The position numbers and the translations under genes are program-made. The notes beneath the pieces were generated by a model, which did no database searches, was not told the origin of the DNA, and worked only from the letters and a program-made list of their open reading frames with translations. From Myxococcota bacterium (GTDB lineage: Bacteria; Myxococcota_A; UBA796; SXON01): a stretch of 64,000 nucleotides of DNA. This document shows, in pieces, positions 18,325 through 27,763 of the stretch (positions are counted from its first letter, which is position 1; every line of letters starts with the position of its first letter). The stretch spans positions 1 to 64,000 of the forward strand of contig JAZKFH010000018.1 in assembly GCA_040386535.1 (NCBI GenBank), given 5' to 3'.

Positions 18325-19377
18325 CTACTTGGTGAACGAGCGGCGGAACATCTCCTGGGCGTTCTCGTCGTAGAACACGCCGGTGAACGTGTCACCGTCG
18401 ATCTCCACCCACATGAAGCCCAGGTTCGAGCGCTCGAAGAAGGTGGCGTTGTCGCTCGACGCGATGTCGCGCAGCTTGGCGGCCGCGCCGCTCAGGATGA
18501 ACTCGGTGCCGCAGGTGGGCTCGAGCCACTGCAGATCGTGGTCGTGGCCGCAGAAGTACACGTCGATCTTCCCGCAGAGGTTGTCCTCGAAGAACGGCGC
18601 GTAGTTGTCGTTGGCGTTGCCGTGGTCGCCGTTGGAGATGTACGGGTGGTGCCCGTAGGCGATCTTCCAGTTCGTGGTCGCGGCTTCGAGCACGCCCGGA
18701 AGCCACGCCTGCTGCTCCTCGCCCCGGCCCCAGTCGAGCGCGGTGGTGTCGAGCGCGATGAAGGTCGTGTCGCCCTGCACGTGCGTGTAGAACAGGCTCG
18801 GCATCACGAACTTGTCGGAGAGGGCCGCGTACTCGACCTGCGCGTTCGCGCGGTCGATCTCGAACCCGCCGCCGCCGCTGCCGTAGTCGTGGTTGCCGAG
18901 CACCGCGTAGAAGGGGAACTCCAGCGCCGAGTAGGGCAGCTCGAACTTGTCCTCCCACTGCGAGTCGTCGGGGCCGTCCACGCCGTCGCTGTAGATGTTG
19001 TCGCCGAGGTAGAGCGCGAAGTCGCAGCCGTTGATCTCGCACACGTTCGCGATCGCGTCCGCGACGAGGAACTGGTCTTCGTCGCCCGTGCCCGCGTCGC
19101 CGAGGGCGATGAAGCGGATGGGGGCAGCGGGATCGGTGCCGGGATCGGTGCCCGGGTCCGTGCCGGTGTCGCCGCCGGGGACGGTGTCCGTGTCGGCATC
19201 GGTGTCCGCGTCGGTGTCGGTGTCCGCGTCACTCGGGCCCTCGCCGGGCCGATCGGGGGTGGCGGGGCGGTCGAACGCGCTGCCTTCACTCGGGGTGTCA
19301 CCCTTGCCGTCGACGGACGTGGCGCACGCGGAGACGAGGAGGAGCGCTGCGAGCATGCTGGAATGTGGCGGGACCAT
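18325..19377 (-). CDS. Secreted metallophosphoesterase (purple/tartrate-resistant acid phosphatase-like)
   Basis: GDAG, GDNIY, GNHD, GHH and GHDH motifs, lipobox LLVSAC, DTDTD linker. Start is 19377 or 19356. Confidence 0.9.
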   Translation of the reverse strand: MVPPHSSMLAALLLVSACATSVDGKGDTPSEGSAFDRPATPDRPGEGPSDADTDTDADTDADTDTVPGGDTGTDPGTDPGTDPAAPIRFIALGDAGTGDEDQFLVADAIANVCEINGCDFALYLGDNIYSDGVDGPDDSQWEDKFELPYSALEFPFYAVLGNHDYGSGGGGFEIDRANAQVEYAALSDKFVMPSLFYTHVQGDTTFIALDTTALDWGRGEEQQAWLPGVLEAATTNWKIAYGHHPYISNGDHGNANDNYAPFFEDNLCGKIDVYFCGHDHDLQWLEPTCGTEFILSGAAAKLRDIASSDNATFFERSNLGFMWVEIDGDTFTGVFYDENAQEMFRRSFTK

Positions 19378-19501
19378 GAGTTGCCTCCGTGAGCGTTGAT
19401 GGGGTGGACCTGACCGGGCCACGCATCTCTCTTCCCCCACCAGAAGCCGCACCGCCACTGCATCGTCGCAGCCACGGCCGTGCTATACGAGCACACGGCG
19501 A

Positions 19502-19517
19502 TGGCAACGGTCGTGCT
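19502..19517 (+). promoter_or_regulatory. Possible sigma-54 promoter facing the SLT-pgsA genes
   Basis: TGGCAACGGTCGTGCT matches GG-N10-GC in the divergent intergenic region. Confidence 0.35.
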
Positions 19518-19707
19518 CGGGCCGCGGTCCGATGGCAGGCAACCAACCCACCGATCCGTTGTGTAGGGTGTCAGCCCCACGTCGCTTCCGCATCGGCAGC
19601 CACGGATGTGAAAAGGGCGATCAAAAAACCTCGATTATTTACTGGACCGCCGAGCCTGCGTTGGCGTCCGGCCGCCGGGCCGCCCCACGTTCTGGTAGGC
19701 TTGTCGC

Positions 19708-20319
19708 GTGTGGTTCGCGCTCGCCTCGTTGCTCGCCTTGTCGTCCATCCGGGCCAGCCGCGCCGCCGACTACTACACCTACACGGCGCCCGACGGGACC
19801 GTGGTCCTCACCGACTCGCCCCGCCACGCGGGCTTCGAGGTGTGGTGGAGCGAGACGGTGGCGGGCCACACGTTGCCGAACGGCGTGCCCATGCCGCGGC
19901 TCGATCGCATCCCGAACCTCGACAGCTACGACGACGCGTTCCTGTTCGCCGCCGCGGCCAACGGGCTGCCCGCCGAGCTCATCAAGGCCGTGGCCGTAGC
20001 GGAGAGCCGCATGAACGCCGGCGCCGTGTCACCCGCAGGCGCGCAGGGCATCATGCAGATGATGCCCGCCACCGGCCGCGCGCTCGGCCTGGTGGACCCC
20101 TTCGACGCCGAGCAGTCGATCACCGCGGGCGCCGCCTACCTTGCGCGGCAGGTCGGCGCGTTCGGAAGTTTTTCGCTCGCCCTCGCCGCCTACAACGCCG
20201 GTCCGGGCGCGGTCCGGCGCCACGGCGGCATCCCGCCCTACGCCGAGACGACCACCTACGTCGCCCGTGTTCTTGGGCTCTACGAGCACTTCCGGGATAC
20301 GCGCCCCGTCTCTCGCTGA
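19708..20319 (+). CDS. Lytic transglycosylase (SLT domain)
   Basis: AVAVAES, GAQGIMQMMP, AAYNAGPG, ETTTYV, and a signal peptide. Confidence 0.93.
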   Translation: MWFALASLLALSSIRASRAADYYTYTAPDGTVVLTDSPRHAGFEVWWSETVAGHTLPNGVPMPRLDRIPNLDSYDDAFLFAAAANGLPAELIKAVAVAESRMNAGAVSPAGAQGIMQMMPATGRALGLVDPFDAEQSITAGAAYLARQVGAFGSFSLALAAYNAGPGAVRRHGGIPPYAETTTYVARVLGLYEHFRDTRPVSR

Positions 20320-20337
20320 GGCAACCTGTCGAGCTAC

Positions 20338-20961
20338 ATGCCGGCCTGGTTCAAGTCCAAGGGCTTCTGGAACCTCCCGAACACCATCACGGTGGTCCGG
20401 TGCCTGCTCGTGCCCGTCATGGTCGCGCTCCTGTGGGACGAGCCGACGCGCAACGAGGCCGTGCTCGCCTGCGTCATCTTCGTCGGGGCCATGCTCTCCG
20501 ACATCGTGGATGGCTGGCTCGCGCGCAAATGGGGCCTCCAGAGCACCATCGGCGCCTTCCTCGATCCGCTCGCCGACAAGCTGATGGTCATCACCACGCT
20601 GGTGATGCTCATCCCCCACGGATGGGTCCCCGCCTGGATCGTCGTGGTGCTCGAGAGCCGCGAGCTCGCCATCTCCGGCCTGCGCTCCATCGCGATGAGC
20701 GAGGGCATGGTCATCGCCGCCGGCAGCATGGGCAAGTTCAAGACCGCCTACCAGTCCACGGCGCTCGGCTTTCTGCTCTGGCACTACCACACCATCGGGA
20801 TCGACGCGCACAGCGTCGGCATCCTCCTGTTGTGGGTGTCGATGTTCTTCTCCCTCGCCAGCGCGGCCGAGTACTTCTGGGGCTTCTGGAAGTACAACCA
20901 GCGCGCCGCCGCGCGCTCCCCCAACGGCAGCAGCGCGGGCGGGACTAGCTCCGGATCGTGA
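20338..20961 (+). CDS. pgsA: CDP-diacylglycerol--glycerol-3-phosphate 3-phosphatidyltransferase
   Basis: NLPNTIT and CDP-alcohol phosphotransferase motif DIVDGWLARKWGLQSTIGAFLDPLADK. Confidence 0.93.
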   Translation: MPAWFKSKGFWNLPNTITVVRCLLVPVMVALLWDEPTRNEAVLACVIFVGAMLSDIVDGWLARKWGLQSTIGAFLDPLADKLMVITTLVMLIPHGWVPAWIVVVLESRELAISGLRSIAMSEGMVIAAGSMGKFKTAYQSTALGFLLWHYHTIGIDAHSVGILLLWVSMFFSLASAAEYFWGFWKYNQRAAARSPNGSSAGGTSSGS

Positions 20962-22444
20962 GCGAGAAGGTCGAGCTGCACGAGTTGGACGGCCACGTGG
21001 ACGCGTAGATGCGAACGCTCCACTCGTCTTCGTCGGTGTCGAACACGTCGCCCGAGAAGCTCACCGAGAGCGAGCTGGTACCTACGGCCGAGTCGTGCAA
21101 GGACCCGTCGCCGTCGTAGAGCTCGAGGACGTAGTTGCCTCGTGCCGGAAGGCCCGACGCGGTCACGGTGATCGAGATGTTGTCGTAGATCTCGTCGTCC
21201 GCGTCCCAGGTGAACCAGTCCTCGTCGGCCTCGTCGGAGATCGTCAGGCCGGCGAGCGTGAGGGTGGAGTTGCTCCACCCGAACGACGCGTCGATCTCGT
21301 CGAGGTTCCGCGCGGTCGACTCGCTCTCGTTGCGCTCGTAGGTGTCCCAGTCGGGGTCGTTCACGTAGCCGGAGCAGTCGTTGTCGGCGTCGTCGCACAG
21401 GTCGGAGGCGTCCGGGTTGGTGCGGGGATCGCCGTCGTCACAGTCGCCCGCGTTTTCGGTGTAGCCGTCGCCGTCGTCGTCGCGGTCGAGCGGGTCGGTC
21501 ACGGTGACGACCACGGCGTCGGAGCCGGTGAGCCCCGTGGCGTCTGTGGCGGAGAGGGTGATGGTGTGGATGCCGGTGGGGAGCGCGTAGGACGTGGACA
21601 CCGCGCCGCTCGAGTCGGCCGCGCTGGTGGCGAACACGCCGACGACATCGCTCGACCACGCGATGCCGAGCACGTCGACCGCCGTCTCGTCGTCTCCCAC
21701 CACGCCGCGGAACGACACGAGATCGGGGAGATCGAACCCCGCGCCGTCGGCCGGGGCGGTGATGGCGACGGTGGGCCGCCCGTCCTCGAGGACCTCGAAG
21801 GCGACCCGGGCGGTGCCGGTGTTGCCGTCGCTGTCGACCGCGTTGACGGAGAGGGCGTGCGGGCCGGGCGTGAGGGTGAGCGGCACGGACAACGAGCCGG
21901 TTGCGGTCGGCGAGCCGGTCCAGAGCGAGCCGTCCCGCACGTCGACGAGCTCGACGGAGAGCGACTCGTAGGCGTCCTCCCCGTCGGTCACGGCGGCCAC
22001 GAGGTTGATCACCTCGGACGCGCTGAAGATCTGCCCCTCGGTCGGCCCGAGCACGACCACGGTGGGGGCGCCCTCGCCGTCGAACCCCGGGGCCACGGTC
22101 AACGAGATGCTGGTGGAGGCGCTCTCCGCGTCGGTGTCGAGCGCGGTGAGGGTGACGACGTGGTCCCCCGACGAGAGCAGGTTGGTCGCGAGGTAGACGT
22201 TGCCCTCACCGTCGGGGGGTTCGGCGCCGAGCACGCCGTCGAGCGAGCTCGACCACGAGATCGTCAGGTCGGTCGCGGGGTCCTGCGCGTCGTTCGCGCC
22301 CCCGTAGAACTCGACCAGCGTGCCGGGATCGACCGCCGTCCCGTCGACCGGCGAGAGCATGCTCACGGCCGGAGGCGTGTTGTACACGCTCACCTTGTTG
22401 TCCTGGCAGGCGACGAGGAACAGCAGGAGCAGGACAGGGCGCAT
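20945..22444 (-). CDS. Lipoprotein with Ig-like repeats and DxDGDG-DCDD motif
   Basis: Lipobox FLVAC, three PxVxIxxP...G.H.ITL.A.D Ig-like repeats, DDDGDGY..GDCDD. Confidence 0.85.
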   Translation of the reverse strand: MRPVLLLLFLVACQDNKVSVYNTPPAVSMLSPVDGTAVDPGTLVEFYGGANDAQDPATDLTISWSSSLDGVLGAEPPDGEGNVYLATNLLSSGDHVVTLTALDTDAESASTSISLTVAPGFDGEGAPTVVVLGPTEGQIFSASEVINLVAAVTDGEDAYESLSVELVDVRDGSLWTGSPTATGSLSVPLTLTPGPHALSVNAVDSDGNTGTARVAFEVLEDGRPTVAITAPADGAGFDLPDLVSFRGVVGDDETAVDVLGIAWSSDVVGVFATSAADSSGAVSTSYALPTGIHTITLSATDATGLTGSDAVVVTVTDPLDRDDDGDGYTENAGDCDDGDPRTNPDASDLCDDADNDCSGYVNDPDWDTYERNESESTARNLDEIDASFGWSNSTLTLAGLTISDEADEDWFTWDADDEIYDNISITVTASGLPARGNYVLELYDGDGSLHDSAVGTSSLSVSFSGDVFDTDEDEWSVRIYASTWPSNSCSSTFSLTIRS

Positions 22445-22458
22445 CGCCGGATCCTACC

Positions 22459-23727
22459 TCATCTCTTCCCGACCGTCCCGAACCGCTCGAAGAGGTCGGT
22501 CTGACGACTGCGGACCGGGAGCTCGATCCCGCGCCCCCAGTGGCGGAGCACGCGGGTGCGCGGCTGGAGGGGGTCGCCGTCGGTCAGCACGAACGTGGCC
22601 TCGTACCCCGCGCGCAGCAGCCCCACGTCGAGGCCCCAGAAGCCCGGACCGTTGCCCGTGAGCGCCGCGACGGCGGCCTCGCGCGGAAGCCCGTAGGCCA
22701 CGGCGATGCCGGCCTCCGTCGTGAGATCGCGCGCGTTGTGGGCCCCGCCCACCCGGAAGGCGAAGCGGACCCCCTTCGCGTGCAGCCGCCCGGCGTTCTC
22801 GTAGGCGGCGAACAGCGTGTCGAAGGAGGAGGGCTGCGTCGTCACCGGGCCGAGCAGCACGGGCACGTTCGCCTTCGCCAGTGCGTCCGCGACGAGGTGG
22901 GCCTCGGCCCCGCCGATCACGAGGGCGTCGAGCCGGTAGACGTCCGCGATCTCCAAGGCGATCAAGATGTCGGACGCGCGCTCGGCGGCGAAGATGGCCT
23001 TGGTCTCCCGACGACGGAGCGCGTGGAGGATGCGCTGGGTCGACGTGAGCGGCTTCTTGTCGGGCTTCGCGTCCGGCTTCGGGCGCTTGCGCCAGCCGTC
23101 CGTCTCCACCGGCGGCGGCGGGTTGGCCTCGAGGAGATCGCGGATGGTTACGGCGGCGCCCATGCGGGAGGTGGCGCCGCTCGCGCGCCCGGTGCCCTCG
23201 TGCCCGAGGCCGAAGCACACGCCCGCGGGGGCACGGATCAGCGCGTCGCCGACGGTGTCGCCGAAGGTGCGCACCCACGCGGCCTGCCCGGCCACGATGC
23301 CGTGCGCGGGGGTCACGAGCGCGCCCATGATCCCGCCGGTGCGGCAGACGTGGATGACCTCGGAGCGCGGGTTGTAGGCGTCGACGACGCGGGCGGCGGG
23401 CGCGTTCACACCGCCGTTCTCGCTGTCGTCGCGGGAGGCGCTCTCCAGGTCGACCTCGACCAGGCCGAGCGGCGCGCCGGCGAGGTACACGCCCGGGTAC
23501 AGCACGGCGCCGCCGAGGTCCTCGCCGCCGGTCACGTCGGGGCCGACGGCCACGATGCGGCCGTCGCGCACGCGGACGCCGCCGGTGAGCTCCGTGCCGT
23601 CGCCCAGGAGGAGCCGCGCGTTCGAGAGGGTGCGCTCCTCGCCGGGCTCGGCGGCCCGGGCCACGCGGGAGGTGACGGCGAGCGCGGCGGCTCCGAGGAG
23701 GAGCTGGCGGCGGCTAACGGACGCCAT
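22459..23727 (-). CDS. Amidohydrolase-family protein, Tat signal, metal ligands degenerate
   Basis: Twin-arginine signal SRRQLL and amidohydrolase N-terminal beta region. YLAGA replaces the HxH motif. Confidence 0.82.
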   Translation of the reverse strand: MASVSRRQLLLGAAALAVTSRVARAAEPGEERTLSNARLLLGDGTELTGGVRVRDGRIVAVGPDVTGGEDLGGAVLYPGVYLAGAPLGLVEVDLESASRDDSENGGVNAPAARVVDAYNPRSEVIHVCRTGGIMGALVTPAHGIVAGQAAWVRTFGDTVGDALIRAPAGVCFGLGHEGTGRASGATSRMGAAVTIRDLLEANPPPPVETDGWRKRPKPDAKPDKKPLTSTQRILHALRRRETKAIFAAERASDILIALEIADVYRLDALVIGGAEAHLVADALAKANVPVLLGPVTTQPSSFDTLFAAYENAGRLHAKGVRFAFRVGGAHNARDLTTEAGIAVAYGLPREAAVAALTGNGPGFWGLDVGLLRAGYEATFVLTDGDPLQPRTRVLRHWGRGIELPVRSRQTDLFERFGTVGKR

Positions 23728-24949
23728 CGGGCGTGCCCTCCTTGCGACGGTCGTACACCAGGGTGCCATCGATCCACGTGCGCTCGACGCGCCCGTAGAC
23801 GTCGAACGGATGGCGGTCGAACAGCGCGAGATCGGCGTCCTTGCCCACCTCGAGGGAGCCCACCCGGCCGTCGATCCCGAGCATCCGCGCCGGATCGAGC
23901 GTGATGGACTCGAGCGCGTCGAGCTCGGTCATGCCGTAGCGGAGCATCTTCGCGGCCTCCAGGTTGAGCCGCTGCACGTGGCTGGCCGAGTCGGAGTGGA
24001 TGGCGACCGGCACCCCGGCCCCCTCGGGCGTCCGCGCGCTCGACACGAGCGGCGCGTTCTGCGGGATGGCGTCCCACGCCTCCATCTTGAAGCCCCACCA
24101 GTCCGCGAACGTCGCGAGGCCGGTGCCGCGGGCGACCAGGTCGTCGCGCACCTTGTAGGCCTCCAGCGCGTGGTGGACCGCGGTGACCTTGAACCCGAAC
24201 TCGTCGGCCACCCGAAAGAACATGTCGATGTCGTGCGAGCGGTAGCAGTGCAGGTGGACGCGGATCTTGTCGTCGATGACGTCGAGGAGCACCTCGAGAT
24301 CGAGGTCCTTCGGCGGCGGGTCCTTGCGCCTGCGCGCCTCGCGGTAGTCCAGCGCCGCCTGGAACTCGTCGCGCAGCGCGGCCGCGAGGCCCATGCGGGT
24401 CTCGATCTGGTCGTCGTCGGTGACCGCGCCGTACACGCGCTTGGGGTTCTCGCCGACCGCCATCTTGATGCCGCGCGGCGCCCCGTCGAACAACATCGGG
24501 CCGATCGTCGTGGCCGGCCGGAGCTTCACCACGGCGCTCTGCCCGCCGATGAGGTTGGCCGAGCCGGGCAGCACCTGGATCGTCGTGACCCCGCCGGCGC
24601 GTGCGCGGGGGATGGCGGGGTCCTCGGCATCGAAGCCGTCTCCCGCCCAGACGCGCGGGGTGAAGGCCTCGACCATCTCGTTGCCGTCGCCATGCGCGTC
24701 CGCGTCGGGCCAGGGGTACACGCCCATGTGCGAGTGGATGTCGATGATGCCGGGCATCAGGAACATCCCGGTGGCGTCGATGGTGGTGGCGCCCGCGGGC
24801 ACCGGCACGCCGGGGCCGACGGCCGCGATCTTGCCGTCGGTCACGACGATCGTGCCGTCGGGGATCGGCGGGCCCGATACGGGCAGCAGCGTGGCGTGGA
24901 CGATGGCGAACGAGGCGGCGTGCGCGCTTGCCAGCAGGGTCAGGACCAT
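23714..24949 (-). CDS. Amidohydrolase-family protein
   Basis: PGIIDIHSH, AIHSD, GSLEVGKDADL, and a signal peptide. Confidence 0.92.
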   Translation of the reverse strand: MVLTLLASAHAASFAIVHATLLPVSGPPIPDGTIVVTDGKIAAVGPGVPVPAGATTIDATGMFLMPGIIDIHSHMGVYPWPDADAHGDGNEMVEAFTPRVWAGDGFDAEDPAIPRARAGGVTTIQVLPGSANLIGGQSAVVKLRPATTIGPMLFDGAPRGIKMAVGENPKRVYGAVTDDDQIETRMGLAAALRDEFQAALDYREARRRKDPPPKDLDLEVLLDVIDDKIRVHLHCYRSHDIDMFFRVADEFGFKVTAVHHALEAYKVRDDLVARGTGLATFADWWGFKMEAWDAIPQNAPLVSSARTPEGAGVPVAIHSDSASHVQRLNLEAAKMLRYGMTELDALESITLDPARMLGIDGRVGSLEVGKDADLALFDRHPFDVYGRVERTWIDGTLVYDRRKEGTPDGVR

Positions 24950-24982
24950 CCGGAGAGCCCTCCGCTCGGAACGGGGAGCGTA

Positions 24983-25105
24983 GCCGTTCTTGCAGCGCGT
25001 TCTCCAGAACGCGCTGCAAGAACGGCGTTCCGGAGGCGGCTCCGTTTACTTCGTGCCTTCGTGTTTGCGCTGGGCGCAAGCACGGAGGCACGAAGTAAAC
25101 GGAGC
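24983..25105. repeat. Two long adjacent inverted repeats
   Basis: Perfect 21-bp arms at 24983-25026. 32-bp arms at 25039-25105 with two T:G mismatches. Confidence 0.92.
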
Positions 25106-25206
25106 TTTGCCGCCCTGAAACCAATAGACAGGCTGAGCGCTAGCCAGCCTGGCTACCTTGTGGTCGCGCGAGTCGGGCGGCCTCTCGCCGCGATAGCGGG
25201 CCCCCC

Positions 25207-26262
25207 ATGCTGCTCGACGCCCTGTACCGCGCCGCTCGCCCCGCACTCTTCGCCATGGACGCCGAGTCCGCCCACGAGCGGACCTTCCACGCGATGGGGG
25301 CCGCGCGCCTGATCGCGGAAGGTTCCCACCTCCGCCCCGATCCGCTCCTCGCGCGCCGGGTCGGACCGCTCACCTTCGCCGGCCCGCTCGGGCTCGCGGC
25401 CGGCCTCGACAAGAACGGCGTCGCCGTCCGCACGTGGGACGCCCTCGGGTTCGGCGCCATCGAGCTCGGCACGGTGACCGGGCAGGCGCAGGCCGGCAAC
25501 GAGCGCCCGCGCCTGTTCCGCCTCGTCGAGGAGCGCGCGCTCATCAACCGCATGGGCTTCAACAACCTCGGCGCCGCCGCGCTCGCGGGGCAGCTCCGCG
25601 CCCTGCGTGAGGCGGGCACGTGGCCGAAGCACGCCCCCGTCGGCGCGAACCTCGGCAAGTCCAAGGTGGTCCCCAACGAGGAGGCCGTCGGCGACTACCT
25701 CGTGAGCCTCGCGGCGCTCCGCGGGCTGGCCGACTACTTCGTCGTCAACGTGAGCTCGCCCAACACGCCGGGCCTGCGCGCGCTCCAGGAGAAGGAGCCG
25801 CTCGAGCGCCTGCTCGGCGCGGTGGTGCCCGCGGCGGCCGGCACGCCCGTGTTCCTCAAGCTCGCCCCCGACCTGCCGGACGAGGCCCTCGTCGAGGCCG
25901 TCGACGTCGCGGTCGCCGCCGGCTGCGCCGGCATCCTCGCCACCAACACGACCCTGTCCCGCCCCGGGACCACCGGCCGCCTCGACCAGGCCGGCGGGAT
26001 GTCCGGCGCGCCGCTCGCCGCCCTGGCGCACGCCAAGATCGCGGTGGTGGTCGGCGCCGCGGCGGGCCGCGTGCCGGTCGTCGGCATCGGCGGCGTCGCG
26101 ACCGCGGACGATGTGCTGAAGCTCCTCTGCCTCGGATGCGCCGCGACGCAGCTGTACACGGCGTTCATCTACGGCGGGCCGGCCCTGCCCGCGAAGATCC
26201 ACGCCGACCTGCTCGCGCGGGCGCGGGCCGCGGGGAGCCTGGACGCGCTGATCGCGGGCTGA
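25207..26262 (+). CDS. pyrD: Quinone-dependent dihydroorotate dehydrogenase (class 2)
   Basis: GLAAGLDKN, INRMGFNN, NVSSPNTPGLR, KLAPD, TNTT, GGMSG. Confidence 0.97.
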   Translation: MLLDALYRAARPALFAMDAESAHERTFHAMGAARLIAEGSHLRPDPLLARRVGPLTFAGPLGLAAGLDKNGVAVRTWDALGFGAIELGTVTGQAQAGNERPRLFRLVEERALINRMGFNNLGAAALAGQLRALREAGTWPKHAPVGANLGKSKVVPNEEAVGDYLVSLAALRGLADYFVVNVSSPNTPGLRALQEKEPLERLLGAVVPAAAGTPVFLKLAPDLPDEALVEAVDVAVAAGCAGILATNTTLSRPGTTGRLDQAGGMSGAPLAALAHAKIAVVVGAAAGRVPVVGIGGVATADDVLKLLCLGCAATQLYTAFIYGGPALPAKIHADLLARARAAGSLDALIAG

Positions 26263-26324
26263 TCGTCAGGCTCTTCGCGACGCCGGGGCGCTCGGCGACG
26301 ACGGCCGGGCGAGACAGGCGCGAC

Positions 26325-26471
26325 CGTCCAAGGTCGCGGGATGCACGCCTATCCCCTCACTTCGGACGGTATGTCCGTCCGAAGTCGCGGGATGCAAGCC
26401 TATCCCCGCACCTCGGACGGTATGTCCGTTCGAGGTGAGGGGATGCACACGCATCCCCTCACTTCGGACGG
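26325..26471. repeat. Tandem array of 3 x 51-bp palindromic units
   Basis: GATGCA at 26340, 26391 and 26442. Each unit CCGTCCGAAGT..GGGAT-N8-ATCCCC.CAC.TCGGACGG is an imperfect palindrome. Confidence 0.9.
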
Positions 26472-26603
26472 TGTAGCCATCCGGTACACCCTGGAGCTCT
26501 GGCGACTCGCTCGGGGGATGAAGGTTGCTTTGTGTTCGGGGCGTCGGGACGCCCCATCGGTCACTTCGGCACGCCCACGCCGAAGCCACTACACTCGCCC
26601 GCG

Positions 26604-27680
26604 ATGCCGCGTCTCCTCCAGTCGCTCCCGCCCGGCCCCCTCGCCCTCGTCGGCGATGTTCACGGCGAGATCGAGGCCCTCCTCGCGCTGCTCCACCGCC
26701 TCGGCGTCGATCCGGATCGCCGCCGCGCGGCGCGTCCCGTCGTGTTCGTGGGGGACCTGGTCGACCGCGGGCCCGACAGCGTGGCCGTTGTCGAGGTGGT
26801 CACCCGCCTGACCGAAGCGGGTCTTGCCTACACCGTGCTCGGCAACCACGAGCTCAACCTGCTCCAGGAGGACCGCAAGGAGGGCAACGGCTGGTTCTGG
26901 GGGGACGCAGACGATCACGCGCAGTTGGGCGGCGCGCCGGTGCCCTTCCGTTCCCGCCTCGCGACGTCGAACGAGCGGGCCACCATCAGCGCGTTCATCC
27001 GCGACCTGCCGCTGGTGCTCGAGCGCGACGACCTGCGCGTGGTCCACGCCTGCTGGAACGCCGAGGCCGCCGCGGAGCTGCCCGCCGTGGGGGAGCACGC
27101 CCGGCTGGCCGACTGGTTCGCGGCCGAGATCGAGGCGGACCTCGCCATGCGCGGCGTCCGCGACCGGGCCGCCGAAGAGCGCGCGGCCTTCGCGGAGCTC
27201 CGGGACCTCGCTGTCGTGCCCGATCGCCACCTCCCCGCCGTGGCCGAGGAGGACGCCGCCCACCAGCTGCGCAACCCGATGAAGCTGCTCACCTCGGGCG
27301 CCGAGGTCGAGGTGGCCCCCGGCGGACACTTCTTCGTGGGCGGGAAGTGGCGCTTCGTCACGCGCGACCGCTGGTGGCACCGCCCGGTGGACCGCCCCAC
27401 CGTGGTGGGACACTACTGGCGGCGGCGCGGCCCGCCGATCGTGGGGAAGCTGGACGTGTGGGACGACGTGCCGCCGTTCGCGTGGTCTCCGACGGAGCTC
27501 GCGCGGTCCCCGCAGGAGCAGGCGGGCAGCGTGTTCTGTGTGGACTACAGCGTCGGCCGCCGCTATGCCGAACGCGCGCGCGGTCGCGACAGCAACTTCG
27601 ACGGCGGGCTCGCGGCGATGTGTTGGCCCGAGCGCGTGCTGGTGTTCGACGACCGCGAGGCGCCGATCGGGACGGAGTGA
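26604..27680 (+). CDS. Metallophosphoesterase (PPP/ApaH-like phosphatase family)
   Basis: GDVHGE, GDLVDRGPDS, GNHE, VVGHYW. Confidence 0.9.
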   Translation: MPRLLQSLPPGPLALVGDVHGEIEALLALLHRLGVDPDRRRAARPVVFVGDLVDRGPDSVAVVEVVTRLTEAGLAYTVLGNHELNLLQEDRKEGNGWFWGDADDHAQLGGAPVPFRSRLATSNERATISAFIRDLPLVLERDDLRVVHACWNAEAAAELPAVGEHARLADWFAAEIEADLAMRGVRDRAAEERAAFAELRDLAVVPDRHLPAVAEEDAAHQLRNPMKLLTSGAEVEVAPGGHFFVGGKWRFVTRDRWWHRPVDRPTVVGHYWRRRGPPIVGKLDVWDDVPPFAWSPTELARSPQEQAGSVFCVDYSVGRRYAERARGRDSNFDGGLAAMCWPERVLVFDDREAPIGTE

Positions 27681-27763
27681 CGGCGCCGGACCCGCCACGC
27701 GTCTCTCCCCACCCCCGCCTCCGCGGCGGCTCGGCCGGCCGCCCTGGTCTCGATCGAACGCTC

